From Candidatus Methanoperedens sp. (GTDB taxonomy: Archaea; Halobacteriota; Methanosarcinia; Methanosarcinales; Methanoperedenaceae): a stretch of 32,000 nucleotides of DNA. The translations under genes were made by a program, and so were the position numbers. Positions 24,537 to 32,000 of the stretch are shown piece by piece. The number at the start of each line of letters is the position of its first letter. Position 1 is the stretch's first letter. Below the pieces are notes generated by a model. It was not told the DNA's origin and ran no database searches. It worked only from the letters and a program-made list of their open reading frames with translations. Where the stretch lies: assembly GCA_027460535.1 (NCBI GenBank), contig JAPZAR010000025.1:60001-92000 (forward strand). Reading direction: 5' to 3'.

Positions 24537-25244
24537 ATGATTATGAAATTACTTGTAAGCCCGATCAACGTTGAAGAAGCAAACATCTGCAGACTCGGTG
24601 GAGCGGATATCATAGACGTGAAAAACCCCAGGGAAGGTTCCCTTGGTGCTAATTTCCCATGGATGATACGCGCTGTGAAAAAAGCCGCGGGCAAGGTGCC
24701 GGTGAGTGCAACAATTGGCGATTTTAATTATAAACCCGGTACTGCATCACTGGCAGCGCTGGGGGCAGCAGTGGCGGGGGCAGAATACATCAAAGTGGGA
24801 TTGTATGATATCCAGACAAAGGAGCAGGCTCTGGACATGCTGACCAATATTGTTCGCTCGGTTAAGGACTTTGATAAGAATAAGAAAGTGGTGGCATCCG
24901 GTTATTCAGATTTCAAGCGGATCAATTCTATCTCGCCTTTTGAACTACCTGCAGTTGGGGCAAAGGCTGGTGTGGATGTAGTAATGATGGATACGGGCAT
25001 CAAAGATGGACGCTCAACCTTCGAATTCCTCCAGGAACAAGAGCTTACTGAATTCGTTAAGAGCGCGCAAAAGCACGGACTTCAAACAGCCATTGCAGGA
25101 ACGATCACGTTTGTGGACATCCCGGCGTTAAAACGCATTTCACCAGACATCATTGGAGTAAGGGGCTGCGTGTGCGGAGGGGACCGTAATTCAGCCATCC
25201 AGAAGGAACTTGTGGAACGATTGAAAACTGAGATTCAAGAGTAA
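24537..25244 (+). CDS. mfnB: (5-formylfuran-3-yl)methyl phosphate synthase (4-HFC-P synthase, methanofuran biosynthesis)
   Basis: M(IM)KLLVSPINVEEANICRLGGADIIDVKNPREGSLGANFPWMIRAVK matches the MfnB (MJ1099 family) N-terminus as I recall it. Start is ATG 24537 or 24543; the track start at 24519 is a GTG. Confidence 0.88.
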   Translation: MIMKLLVSPINVEEANICRLGGADIIDVKNPREGSLGANFPWMIRAVKKAAGKVPVSATIGDFNYKPGTASLAALGAAVAGAEYIKVGLYDIQTKEQALDMLTNIVRSVKDFDKNKKVVASGYSDFKRINSISPFELPAVGAKAGVDVVMMDTGIKDGRSTFEFLQEQELTEFVKSAQKHGLQTAIAGTITFVDIPALKRISPDIIGVRGCVCGGDRNSAIQKELVERLKTEIQE

Positions 25245-25257
25245 TAAAACCGCATAC

Positions 25258-26352
25258 TCAATTATATTCCTTTATCACTTTATAATTTGTAGTCCTTTCC
25301 ACCGGTATCCTGCCTGCATTCTTGATCAAATGTATAAGCCTCTCTTTAGGCATATACTCCGGCGATACGCTCCCTGCAGCATGTGTTATGCGCTCTTCCA
25401 TTACGGTACCGTCGATATCATTCGCACCGTAATGCAGCGCGATTTGAGCTATCTTCTCCCCAGCCATCACCCAATAGGTTTTGATGTTATTGACATAACC
25501 GTTCAACAAAAGCCGCGAGACTGCGATTGTCTTCAAGTCGTCAAACCCTGTGGGACTGAACTTAACAATACCTCTCTTTTGAAGGTCGGTATTATCAGGG
25601 TGGAATCTTAAAGGTATGAATGCCTGGAATCCCCGGGTCTTTTTCTGAAGTTCTCTTATCCTCAGAATATGGTCCACAATATCTTCTGGTGTTTCGATGT
25701 GACCATAGAGCATAGTGGCATTGCTCCTTACGCCCAATTCATGTGCTTTCTCCATGACCTCAAGCCACCTTTCACCGCTAACCTTGTGAGGACAGACCTT
25801 TTGTCTCGTCTTTTCATTGAATATCTCTCCTCCGCCTCCAGGGAGACTGGTGAGCCCTGCGTTTTTCAGGCGCAAGAGCACCTCGCTTGCGCTCATTCCA
25901 GTCGTTTCAGCAAGATACCCTATCTCCACTGCGGTGTAAGCCTTCAATGACATATCAGGATATTTTTCATGGAGCCTGGCAAGCACTTCTTCATAGTATT
26001 CGAAAGGTAGTTTCGGGTTGAGAGAACCCACGATGTGCAATTCAGTGGCGCCCATTTGTGAGGCTTTTTCAGCTTTTTCCATTATCTCATCTATGCTGAG
26101 AGTAAAAGCGCCCTTCTGTCCCTCTTCCCTGAAATATGCGCAAAAACTGCATTTTGAGATGCAGATATTGGTGTAGTTTATGTGACAGTTAGTTACGAAC
26201 ATGACATTGTCACCAACAGTTTTTCTGCGCACGTGATCTGCAAGTGACCCGATAAGTGAGAGGTTCCTTGACTCCAGAAGACTCATGCCATCCCCGAAAT
26301 CAAGTTCTTCCGAAGCCTGTATTTTTTCTATTATTGAAGAGAGGTCTTCCAT
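25258..26352 (-). CDS. Radical SAM enzyme of the CofH / MqnC / MqnE family
   Basis: CISKCSFCAYF (CxxxCxxC) cluster motif, TELHIVGSLNP, LPGGGGEIF, NATMLYGHIET and GFQAFIPLRF. ATG 26352 (MEDLSSIIEKI...) fits family N-termini. An alternative ATG at 26415 would overlap the upstream gene by 23 nt. Confidence 0.85.
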   Translation of the reverse strand: MEDLSSIIEKIQASEELDFGDGMSLLESRNLSLIGSLADHVRRKTVGDNVMFVTNCHINYTNICISKCSFCAYFREEGQKGAFTLSIDEIMEKAEKASQMGATELHIVGSLNPKLPFEYYEEVLARLHEKYPDMSLKAYTAVEIGYLAETTGMSASEVLLRLKNAGLTSLPGGGGEIFNEKTRQKVCPHKVSGERWLEVMEKAHELGVRSNATMLYGHIETPEDIVDHILRIRELQKKTRGFQAFIPLRFHPDNTDLQKRGIVKFSPTGFDDLKTIAVSRLLLNGYVNNIKTYWVMAGEKIAQIALHYGANDIDGTVMEERITHAAGSVSPEYMPKERLIHLIKNAGRIPVERTTNYKVIKEYN

Positions 26353-26392
26353 CGGATTGTTCTTATACGCAGATAGTAAATAAGGGCATCGT

Positions 26393-27226
26393 TCAGCGTT
26401 GCTTCTTGAGTTCATCAAATTCTCTTTTCAAAAGCAATGCATCCTTCTCCAGATTCGGGCTCTCGCATATCACCATCCCCTTGATATCAAGATCAATAAA
26501 AGCCTGTGCAAGCTCTTTATATTTGAAATCGGATTCTGCAAATTCGAGGTGCCTTTTCTCCCCTTTATCCGAATATTCGATCCCGGAGACGTGGATATGT
26601 ATATTATCAAGCCCATCACGTCCAAGTTTATCTTCAACGCGCCCCAGGATGGATGCAAACTCCCCCCTTGAATTATTTTTCCCCGTTACGGCATGCAGGT
26701 GGGAGAAATCAATGCAAGGCAGAACTCCTTCTACTTCGGTTATGTCAAGAACTTCATCCAGGCTTCCGAACTTCGAGTTCCTTCCCATAGTCTCGATACG
26801 CAGCGTTATGTTCACACCTTCGCTTTTTAGGCGCTCCAGAATCTCGATCAACTGCTTTCTTATTTTTTGATACACGTCCTTACGCGATGCTCCCTGGCCA
26901 AAACCAGCATGGATTATAACGCTTCTGGCGCCACAGATATTTCCAATTCTTGCTGAATTCAGGATTCTTTCTCTACTCTTGATGAGTGTTTCACCATCGC
27001 CATTGAGGTTTATATAATAGGGAGCATGCACACTCAATTTTATATCAAGTCGTTTTGCTATTTCGTTCACTTTGTGTGCAGTCTCTTCTCCCATCTTGAC
27101 GCCGCGAACAAACTCAAGCTCCATGCAGCCAAGACCGAGTTCATGAACCCGTTCGATGCCGGAGATACTATCGTTGCCTTTTGAGCTGATCGGTGTGCCT
27201 GCTGTGCCAAAGAGCAAGCCTTCCAT
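26393..27226 (-). CDS. Endonuclease IV-like (AP endonuclease family 2 / xylose-isomerase-like) TIM-barrel protein
   Basis: 277 aa. Blocks line up with Nfo metal-ligand regions: SVHAPYYINL, VIIHAGF, LRIETMG, CIDFSHLHA, HIHVSG, KRHLEF, ICESP. Confidence 0.75.
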   Translation of the reverse strand: MEGLLFGTAGTPISSKGNDSISGIERVHELGLGCMELEFVRGVKMGEETAHKVNEIAKRLDIKLSVHAPYYINLNGDGETLIKSRERILNSARIGNICGARSVIIHAGFGQGASRKDVYQKIRKQLIEILERLKSEGVNITLRIETMGRNSKFGSLDEVLDITEVEGVLPCIDFSHLHAVTGKNNSRGEFASILGRVEDKLGRDGLDNIHIHVSGIEYSDKGEKRHLEFAESDFKYKELAQAFIDLDIKGMVICESPNLEKDALLLKREFDELKKQR

Positions 27227-27742
27227 TCAACCCTCTATCGTTGGAGGGGAGTAACCATACCACGAGCCCTCCTGATTGAGGTAATACAGAGCATCTTCGA
27301 GCGTTCTCTTATGTTCTTCCTCAAAATGTACCAGTTTCAAAAACAGGTCCTTACTTGATTCAATCTCCGTTCTCTGAGCGCTGTTTGAATATAATTCAAT
27401 AGATCTCTTTTCTGTCCTGATCCCCAGCTCGAGGACATCCTTTGTCTCTGCTATACCTAAAGGCTCGAGGGATTCTGGAAATATGCGGCGAGCTTTTTCC
27501 CTGTTCTCTTTGTCCAAAACCTTGATATCGATGGATGCTCCTGAGATTTTCTTGTATTCTTTCTCAAGCAATTCCCTGTGTTCCCCTTCATCCCGTGCCA
27601 GTCCCCTGAAAATCCCCTTTGCGCTATCACCTTCAACGAGTTCGCTAAATATCGAATAGTACTCTTTCCCAAAGACCTCGATCGATATCGACTCTTTTAA
27701 AATTTCAAGAAGTATCCTCTTTTGATCGTTCGTAGTATTCAC
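27227..27742 (-). CDS. Rubrerythrin/ferritin-like diiron protein
   Basis: Ligand helices SIEVFGKEYY, ARDEGEHRELL, IRTEKRSIELY and VHFEEEHKRTL. GTG at 27742 gives MNTTNDQKRILLEIL..., a family-typical length of 171 aa. The longest ORF (to 27946) would overlap the divergent CBS gene. The stop abuts the downstream ATG 27226. Confidence 0.7.
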   Translation of the reverse strand: MNTTNDQKRILLEILKESISIEVFGKEYYSIFSELVEGDSAKGIFRGLARDEGEHRELLEKEYKKISGASIDIKVLDKENREKARRIFPESLEPLGIAETKDVLELGIRTEKRSIELYSNSAQRTEIESSKDLFLKLVHFEEEHKRTLEDALYYLNQEGSWYGYSPPTIEG

Positions 27743-27838
27743 CCAATAGAGGTTGATTTCAATAGATAATAAAGTTTGGTATGCGACATGTTTAATGGGG
27801 GCAAAACCATTTACGTTAGATAGCCAATAGATGCCACC

Positions 27839-28654
27839 ATGACAGACCATCCAAAAGTCAAGGACTATATGACACAGGAAGTGGACACCGTTTCTCCTGA
27901 AAATACGGTCAAGGATGTCATAAATCTTATAAGAAGGACGGGCCATGATGGTTTTCCGGTCGTTGAGGATAACAGGGTCACCGGATATGTATCTGCTGCA
28001 GGATTGCTGGAAAAAGGGCTCGGTGAGAAGATCGCCAACGTTATGAGCCGGGATATACTTGCGGCAGATACCGAGATGGATATGAGCGATGTAGCAAGGG
28101 TGATATTCAGGTCAGGAAAATCCAAATTACCTGTGGTGGATCAAGGCGGGCATCTGCGGGGTATAATCACAAATTCCGATGTGATACGCTCACACATTGA
28201 AAGAACAAGCCCGCAAAAGGTATGGACGCTCAAGAAGACCCTTGAAGCCATCCATAATATCCATGTTGACGTCGTTCGCGAGACTGTCAATATAGATGAA
28301 CTTGTGCCAACGCAACCTAAGGTTTATGCAGATGAACTCGACGGGAGGATATACGAATTGAAAAAAGGGTTGGCTGAGCCCATAGTTGTAATAAAAAAAT
28401 CCAACAAACTCATACTTGTTGATGGTCATCATAGGGTGATAGCGGCAAAGAAACTTGGCATAAAAAGCATGGACGCTTATGTCATTCCGCTGGGTGATAA
28501 TGTGCAACTGGGGATGGAAAAAACCGCCGCATCCGCAGGGCTCCATACCCTTTCGGATGTCAAGATACTCGATTATGCAAAGCATCCATTGATCGAGATT
28601 ACAAAAAGATTAAAAAAGAATGATGAGAATGGTTTGACCGATATAGCTCAATAA
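27839..28654 (+). CDS. CBS-pair domain fused to a ParB/Srx-like N-terminal (nuclease/NTPase-fold) domain
   Basis: 271 aa. Two CBS motifs (VKDYMTQEVDTVSP..., IANVMSRDILAAD...GIITNSDV), then LVPTQPKVYADEL...EPIVVIKKSNKLILVDGHHRVIAAKKLG, the ParB-type DGHHR box. Confidence 0.8.
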   Translation: MTDHPKVKDYMTQEVDTVSPENTVKDVINLIRRTGHDGFPVVEDNRVTGYVSAAGLLEKGLGEKIANVMSRDILAADTEMDMSDVARVIFRSGKSKLPVVDQGGHLRGIITNSDVIRSHIERTSPQKVWTLKKTLEAIHNIHVDVVRETVNIDELVPTQPKVYADELDGRIYELKKGLAEPIVVIKKSNKLILVDGHHRVIAAKKLGIKSMDAYVIPLGDNVQLGMEKTAASAGLHTLSDVKILDYAKHPLIEITKRLKKNDENGLTDIAQ

Positions 28655-29523
28655 GCAGAGAGTCGATCCAGGATATCCGTTTTTGAAATAAGCCCTACGA
28701 ATTCCCCGTTGACCTTTACCAGAAGACGTCCCACTTTCTCTTTATTGAAGACTTTTACAACCTCATAAAGTGGGGTTTCACCATCTACGGATATTATTTT
28801 CTTCGTCATTATATCCTTTATCTTAAGGCTGGTTCTTCCTTCAGCAAGTGTTTTCCCGATATCTGTGAGGGTGACTATACCTACGATGACATTCTTGTCC
28901 CTTACAGGCGCACCATGGATCTTATTCTCAACAAGTATCCTCGAGGCTTCCTGAATTGTCGCTATCGACGGGATCGTGATAGGTTGTTCATTAATATAAT
29001 GTTTGACAGGTTTCTTGGGAAGGGAAATCATTTCCTGTATAACGAACAATACGGTATTCTGCGTATCATCCCTTCCAATCACTTCTCCACGGATCACCAA
29101 CTTATTGACAGGTGTGGGGCCTATTGTTATTGCGTCTCCTATATCGATCTTTTTAATGTCCCCGATAACATGCACTGTGGCATTGCACAGGTCGGGATGT
29201 CTTACCGTTGTAAAACTGATCTCCGCAGCAGTTGCATTAGGAATAACTTCTTCATTGCGTTTTATAGGTACTACTGTTTCCTTTTCAAGTTCATACAAGC
29301 AGAGGGCACGATAGGTTTCTCCCGTGGCTTTATATCCTCCCTTCGGTCCGGGTACCCCTTCCACCAACCCAAGTGCTTTGAGCGACTGCATTTGATTCCT
29401 GACCGTTCCCGGGTTCCTGTTTATTATTTCAGCGATATCTTCCCCTTTAATGGCCTGTTTCCTTTCCCTATATAAACTGATCAGGGCCGTTAGAATTTCT
29501 TTCTGAATGGGCGTAAGTTCCAT
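28648..29523 (-). CDS. Winged-helix (HrcA-like N-terminal) DNA-binding domain fused to a central domain and a C-terminal CBS pair; putative ligand-sensing regulator
   Basis: 291 aa. TPIQKEILTALISLYRERKQAIKGEDIAEIINRNPGTVRNQMQSLKALGLVEGVPGPKGGYKAT, and C-terminal CBS motifs (VKHYINEQPITIP..., IKDIMTKKIISVD...). Confidence 0.8.
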   Translation of the reverse strand: MELTPIQKEILTALISLYRERKQAIKGEDIAEIINRNPGTVRNQMQSLKALGLVEGVPGPKGGYKATGETYRALCLYELEKETVVPIKRNEEVIPNATAAEISFTTVRHPDLCNATVHVIGDIKKIDIGDAITIGPTPVNKLVIRGEVIGRDDTQNTVLFVIQEMISLPKKPVKHYINEQPITIPSIATIQEASRILVENKIHGAPVRDKNVIVGIVTLTDIGKTLAEGRTSLKIKDIMTKKIISVDGETPLYEVVKVFNKEKVGRLLVKVNGEFVGLISKTDILDRLSAY

Positions 29524-29651
29524 AAAGTCTCCTTAATTGTTATTATTATCAGTTATGTATGTAATCTATAATACTTATATATGTATTTATTGACGCTGAG
29601 TCATTCATTTTACAATAAAAAATATATTTTTATATATTTAAATTCTGTTTT

Positions 29652-30854
29652 TTATCTTTTCTCCCATTTTTCAAGCTGTAATACCTCGGAAAGCGTCTTT
29701 CCCATCTTGATCTCATGGCGGATTCTGCTCTCGTTTTTTTCCACTTCGATCGCACGCCTTGCGATCTCGTATCCCCTTTCTTTAGGTATGACCACAACGC
29801 CGCAATCATCCCCAGCGATCAGATCACCGGGTTTAACTGTCTGTCCTCCGCATTGTATTTCGGCATTGATCTCTCCTAATCCTTTGGGTTCCCCCGCGTT
29901 CGGCACTATGGAGACCGCAAAAACAGGAAAGTTAAGGCACCTTATGTCATCCACGTCCCTGACCGCACCATCGATTACCACTCCTGCAATGCCTTTATTT
30001 ATGCAGCTTAAGGTCGCCAGCTCTCCCCATGGGGCGACGTGTGGGCTGCCGTTATAGATTACGATAACGTCCCCCTCTTCTGCAATATCGATTGCCTCCA
30101 CGGTCTTTGCCCAGTCCCCTTCAAAGGTCTGTACCGTGACAGCCCTTCCCACCATCTTAATGCCCGGACAAATGGAATGGATGTTTTTCATAGCACCTTT
30201 CCTGTGCATGGCATCAGATATGTTGGGCGTAGAAACTCGTTTGAGCAGCTCGATCGTTTTCTCGTGCAAGGATTTTTCAGGTTCTATAGAGATATGCGGG
30301 GCATCAATACTCTGCCGGATAGCTCTCGCTGAAGCCGTTACACTGGATGAGCGAACGATATTTCCTCCCACGATAACAATGCCAGCACCTGATAATATCG
30401 CATCAGCGGCACTTTGCGCGTCAAGACCCCCCGCCACCGCGACAGGCACACTGAGCTTGAGTTTTTTCAGTATCCTGACAGGGTCTTCTCCCATCATCTG
30501 CTGGTCAATGCCGACATGGATATTGATGTAATCGATGCCAAGCTCTACTAATTCTTTGGCCCTTTGTGCCGGGTCCTCTGAAGAGATCAGGTCGGCCATG
30601 AGCTTTACACCATATTTTCGTGCCGCTCTGGCAGCATCCTGAATTGTTGAGTTATCCGAATTTCCAAGAAGTATGATGATATCCGCACCTGCTTTTGCTG
30701 CCATCTCTATCTCCATAGCGCCTGTGTCAACGGTTTTCATGTCCGCGAGGATGACATGTCCCGGGAATGCCGCTTTGAGCTGTCTGATCGCATCCATGCC
30801 TTCGCTCTTGATCAAAGGCGTACCTGCTTCTATCCAGTCAGCTCCCCCTTCCAC
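29652..30854 (-). CDS. Bifunctional-type fusion: 3-hexulose-6-phosphate synthase (OMPDC-family barrel) plus RraA-like domain; true start probably upstream of 30854
   Basis: [25 protein letters not shown]...[11 protein letters not shown]...VAVAGGL (HPS), then [11 protein letters not shown]...[24 protein letters not shown] (RraA/aldolase-like). The track start is GTG 30854. Twenty-four more in-frame, stop-free codons upstream ([24 protein letters not shown], through the ATA at 30926) encode the conserved first strand. Confidence 0.85.
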   Translation of the reverse strand: MEGGADWIEAGTPLIKSEGMDAIRQLKAAFPGHVILADMKTVDTGAMEIEMAAKAGADIIILLGNSDNSTIQDAARAARKYGVKLMADLISSEDPAQRAKELVELGIDYINIHVGIDQQMMGEDPVRILKKLKLSVPVAVAGGLDAQSAADAILSGAGIVIVGGNIVRSSSVTASARAIRQSIDAPHISIEPEKSLHEKTIELLKRVSTPNISDAMHRKGAMKNIHSICPGIKMVGRAVTVQTFEGDWAKTVEAIDIAEEGDVIVIYNGSPHVAPWGELATLSCINKGIAGVVIDGAVRDVDDIRCLNFPVFAVSIVPNAGEPKGLGEINAEIQCGGQTVKPGDLIAGDDCGVVVIPKERGYEIARRAIEVEKNESRIRHEIKMGKTLSEVLQLEKWEKR

Positions 30855-31042
30855 TGCCTCTTTAGCGATCTGGATGGCACGCTCTGTCTCTAAAACATCA
30901 AGCGCGACCTGAAGTATAGGTCTTATAAAATCACCATTGGATAAATTCGTGTATGTGATTAAAGCTTTAATGGTTAAATTTCATTAATCCGTGATACGAC
31001 AAAATATTAAGAGAAAATATAAAGCTTGAATGTGTTTATTTA

Positions 31043-31771
31043 GTGAAAGCAGGAGAAATCGATATAATATCCATTGAGAACCTTTCAAAGACATTCGGCA
31101 CCAACATTGTTCTGAGAAATATCAATCTTCGCATTGAAAGAGGTGAATTCCTGACGATCTTTGGCCCCAACGGCGCCGGAAAAACCACCCTCATCAAAAT
31201 AATCTCCACCCTGGTAAATCCCACCTATGGCAGAGTCGTTATAGATGGGATCGATATCAAAGAAAATCCCATCGAGATCAGAAAAAAGATAGGGGTCATC
31301 TCTCACGATACCTTCCTGTACCATGAACTGACAGCGGCCGAGAACCTGCGCTTCTTCGGGAAGATGTACGGCACATCGGATATAGAGGCTCGAATAAACG
31401 ACCTGATAAAACAGGTCGGATTGAGCTACAGGAGAAATGACAGGGTGAGGACTTTTTCAAGGGGTATGAAACAGCGCCTTTCGATCGCAAGAGCTTTGAT
31501 CCACGATCCACCGGTGCTTTTGCTCGATGAACCTTACACAGGGCTGGATCAGCATGCCAGCGCCACTTTTGACAGGATACTTTCAGGGACGAACGCAAAT
31601 GACAAGACACGAGTTCTTATTTCTCATGACATCGAACGAGGGATCTCATTGTGCGACAGGGCTGTCATCCTTACTGATGGTCATATTGTCCATGAAATGA
31701 GCAAGAGTGAGATCCGCGACCTCCTGCAGTGCAGGGCAATATACGAAAGATACGTGGCGGAGCGCACATGA
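31043..31771 (+). CDS. ccmA: ABC transporter ATP-binding protein, CcmA-like (heme exporter)
   Basis: Walker A GPNGAGKTTL, signature FSRGMKQRLSIA, Walker B VLLLDEPYTGLD. GTG start. ATGA coupling to the ccmB-like gene. Confidence 0.8.
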   Translation: MKAGEIDIISIENLSKTFGTNIVLRNINLRIERGEFLTIFGPNGAGKTTLIKIISTLVNPTYGRVVIDGIDIKENPIEIRKKIGVISHDTFLYHELTAAENLRFFGKMYGTSDIEARINDLIKQVGLSYRRNDRVRTFSRGMKQRLSIARALIHDPPVLLLDEPYTGLDQHASATFDRILSGTNANDKTRVLISHDIERGISLCDRAVILTDGHIVHEMSKSEIRDLLQCRAIYERYVAERT

Positions 31772-32000
31772 AGTTCCTTGAGATAGCCAGAAAGGACCTT
31801 AAAGCAGAGTTCCGCACCAAGCAGATGCTCAATTCAATGATGATATTCGCGCTGCTCGTCATTGTTATATTCAGTTTCGCTTTCGGGAGCGAGGCTTCCA
31901 TATATATCAAGGACATTAATAAGAAAGTAGTGGATTTACTTGCCCCGGGAATTCTCTGGATAGCATTCACTTTTGCTGGGATGCTTGGTCTTTCAAGGTC
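31768..32000 (+). CDS. ccmB: Heme exporter permease CcmB-like, 5' part only (runs off the window)
   Basis: Not in the ORF track because no stop is reached. MKFLEIARKDLKAEFRTKQMLNSMMIFALLVIVIFSFAFG...LAPGILWIAFTFAGMLGLSR parallels E. coli CcmB as recalled (ELRVAFR...FFLIVITLFPLSIG...IAPGIIWVAALLSSLLALER). Confidence 0.7.
   Translation, partial: MKFLEIARKDLKAEFRTKQMLNSMMIFALLVIVIFSFAFGSEASIYIKDINKKVVDLLAPGILWIAFTFAGMLGLSR

Noticed and set aside
27743-27946. N-terminal 68-residue extension of the rubrerythrin-like ORF.
   Set aside because: The extension has no ferritin-like sequence and would overlap the divergent CBS-ParB gene start. The GTG at 27742 yields a family-typical length.
29618-29631. 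Perfect 14-bp palindrome AAAAATATATTTTT in the AT-rich spacer upstream of the wHTH-CBS gene.
   Set aside because: It is pure A/T low complexity in a promoter/terminator spacer. Palindromy is expected by chance in such sequence.
1-32000. Search by eye for CRISPR arrays, tRNA/rRNA genes and large repeats.
   Set aside because: I saw no regularly spaced 25-40 nt direct repeats, no GGTTCGAATCC-type T-arm signatures and no rRNA-like stretches. The coding density leaves no room for them. tRNAscan-SE, Infernal or minCED would be needed to confirm.

Overview
Dense archaeal chromosomal segment. AglB oligosaccharyltransferase, MfnB (methanofuran), an HPS-RraA fusion, class III signal peptides, ccmAB and GGAGGTGA-type Shine-Dalgarno sites best fit a Methanosarcinales-type methanogen or ANME lineage; species cannot be determined from the sequence. 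I call about 38 protein genes and found no rRNA, tRNA or CRISPR array by eye. Most of the window is housekeeping or cofactor metabolism: acs, aglB, pncB plus an uncharacterised PRTase, a HisA/HisF paralog, mfnB, a CofH/MqnE-type radical SAM enzyme, an endonuclease IV-like TIM barrel, two diiron ferritin-like proteins, LemA-DUF2207, two CBS-domain proteins, HPS-RraA and ccmA/ccmB. Accessory content is a RelE/ParE toxin-antitoxin pair, a decayed transposase relic, and the main finding at 13348-19666. That block is a tightly coupled nine-gene minus-strand operon: an RHH-like gene followed by eight consecutive type IV pilin-like (class III signal) proteins. Several are extremely rich in N-glycosylation sequons, a strong terminator follows the first pilin gene, and no assembly ATPase, platform protein or prepilin peptidase lies anywhere in the window. 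Other points worth checking are an HPS-RraA gene whose conserved N-terminus has no canonical start codon, a Cys-studded tandem-repeat protein at the left edge, and a 32-37 nt repeat flanking a lipoprotein gene. The supplied ORF track renders GTG and TTG as M and takes the longest ORF, so I shortened several starts using SD spacing and homolog N-termini.
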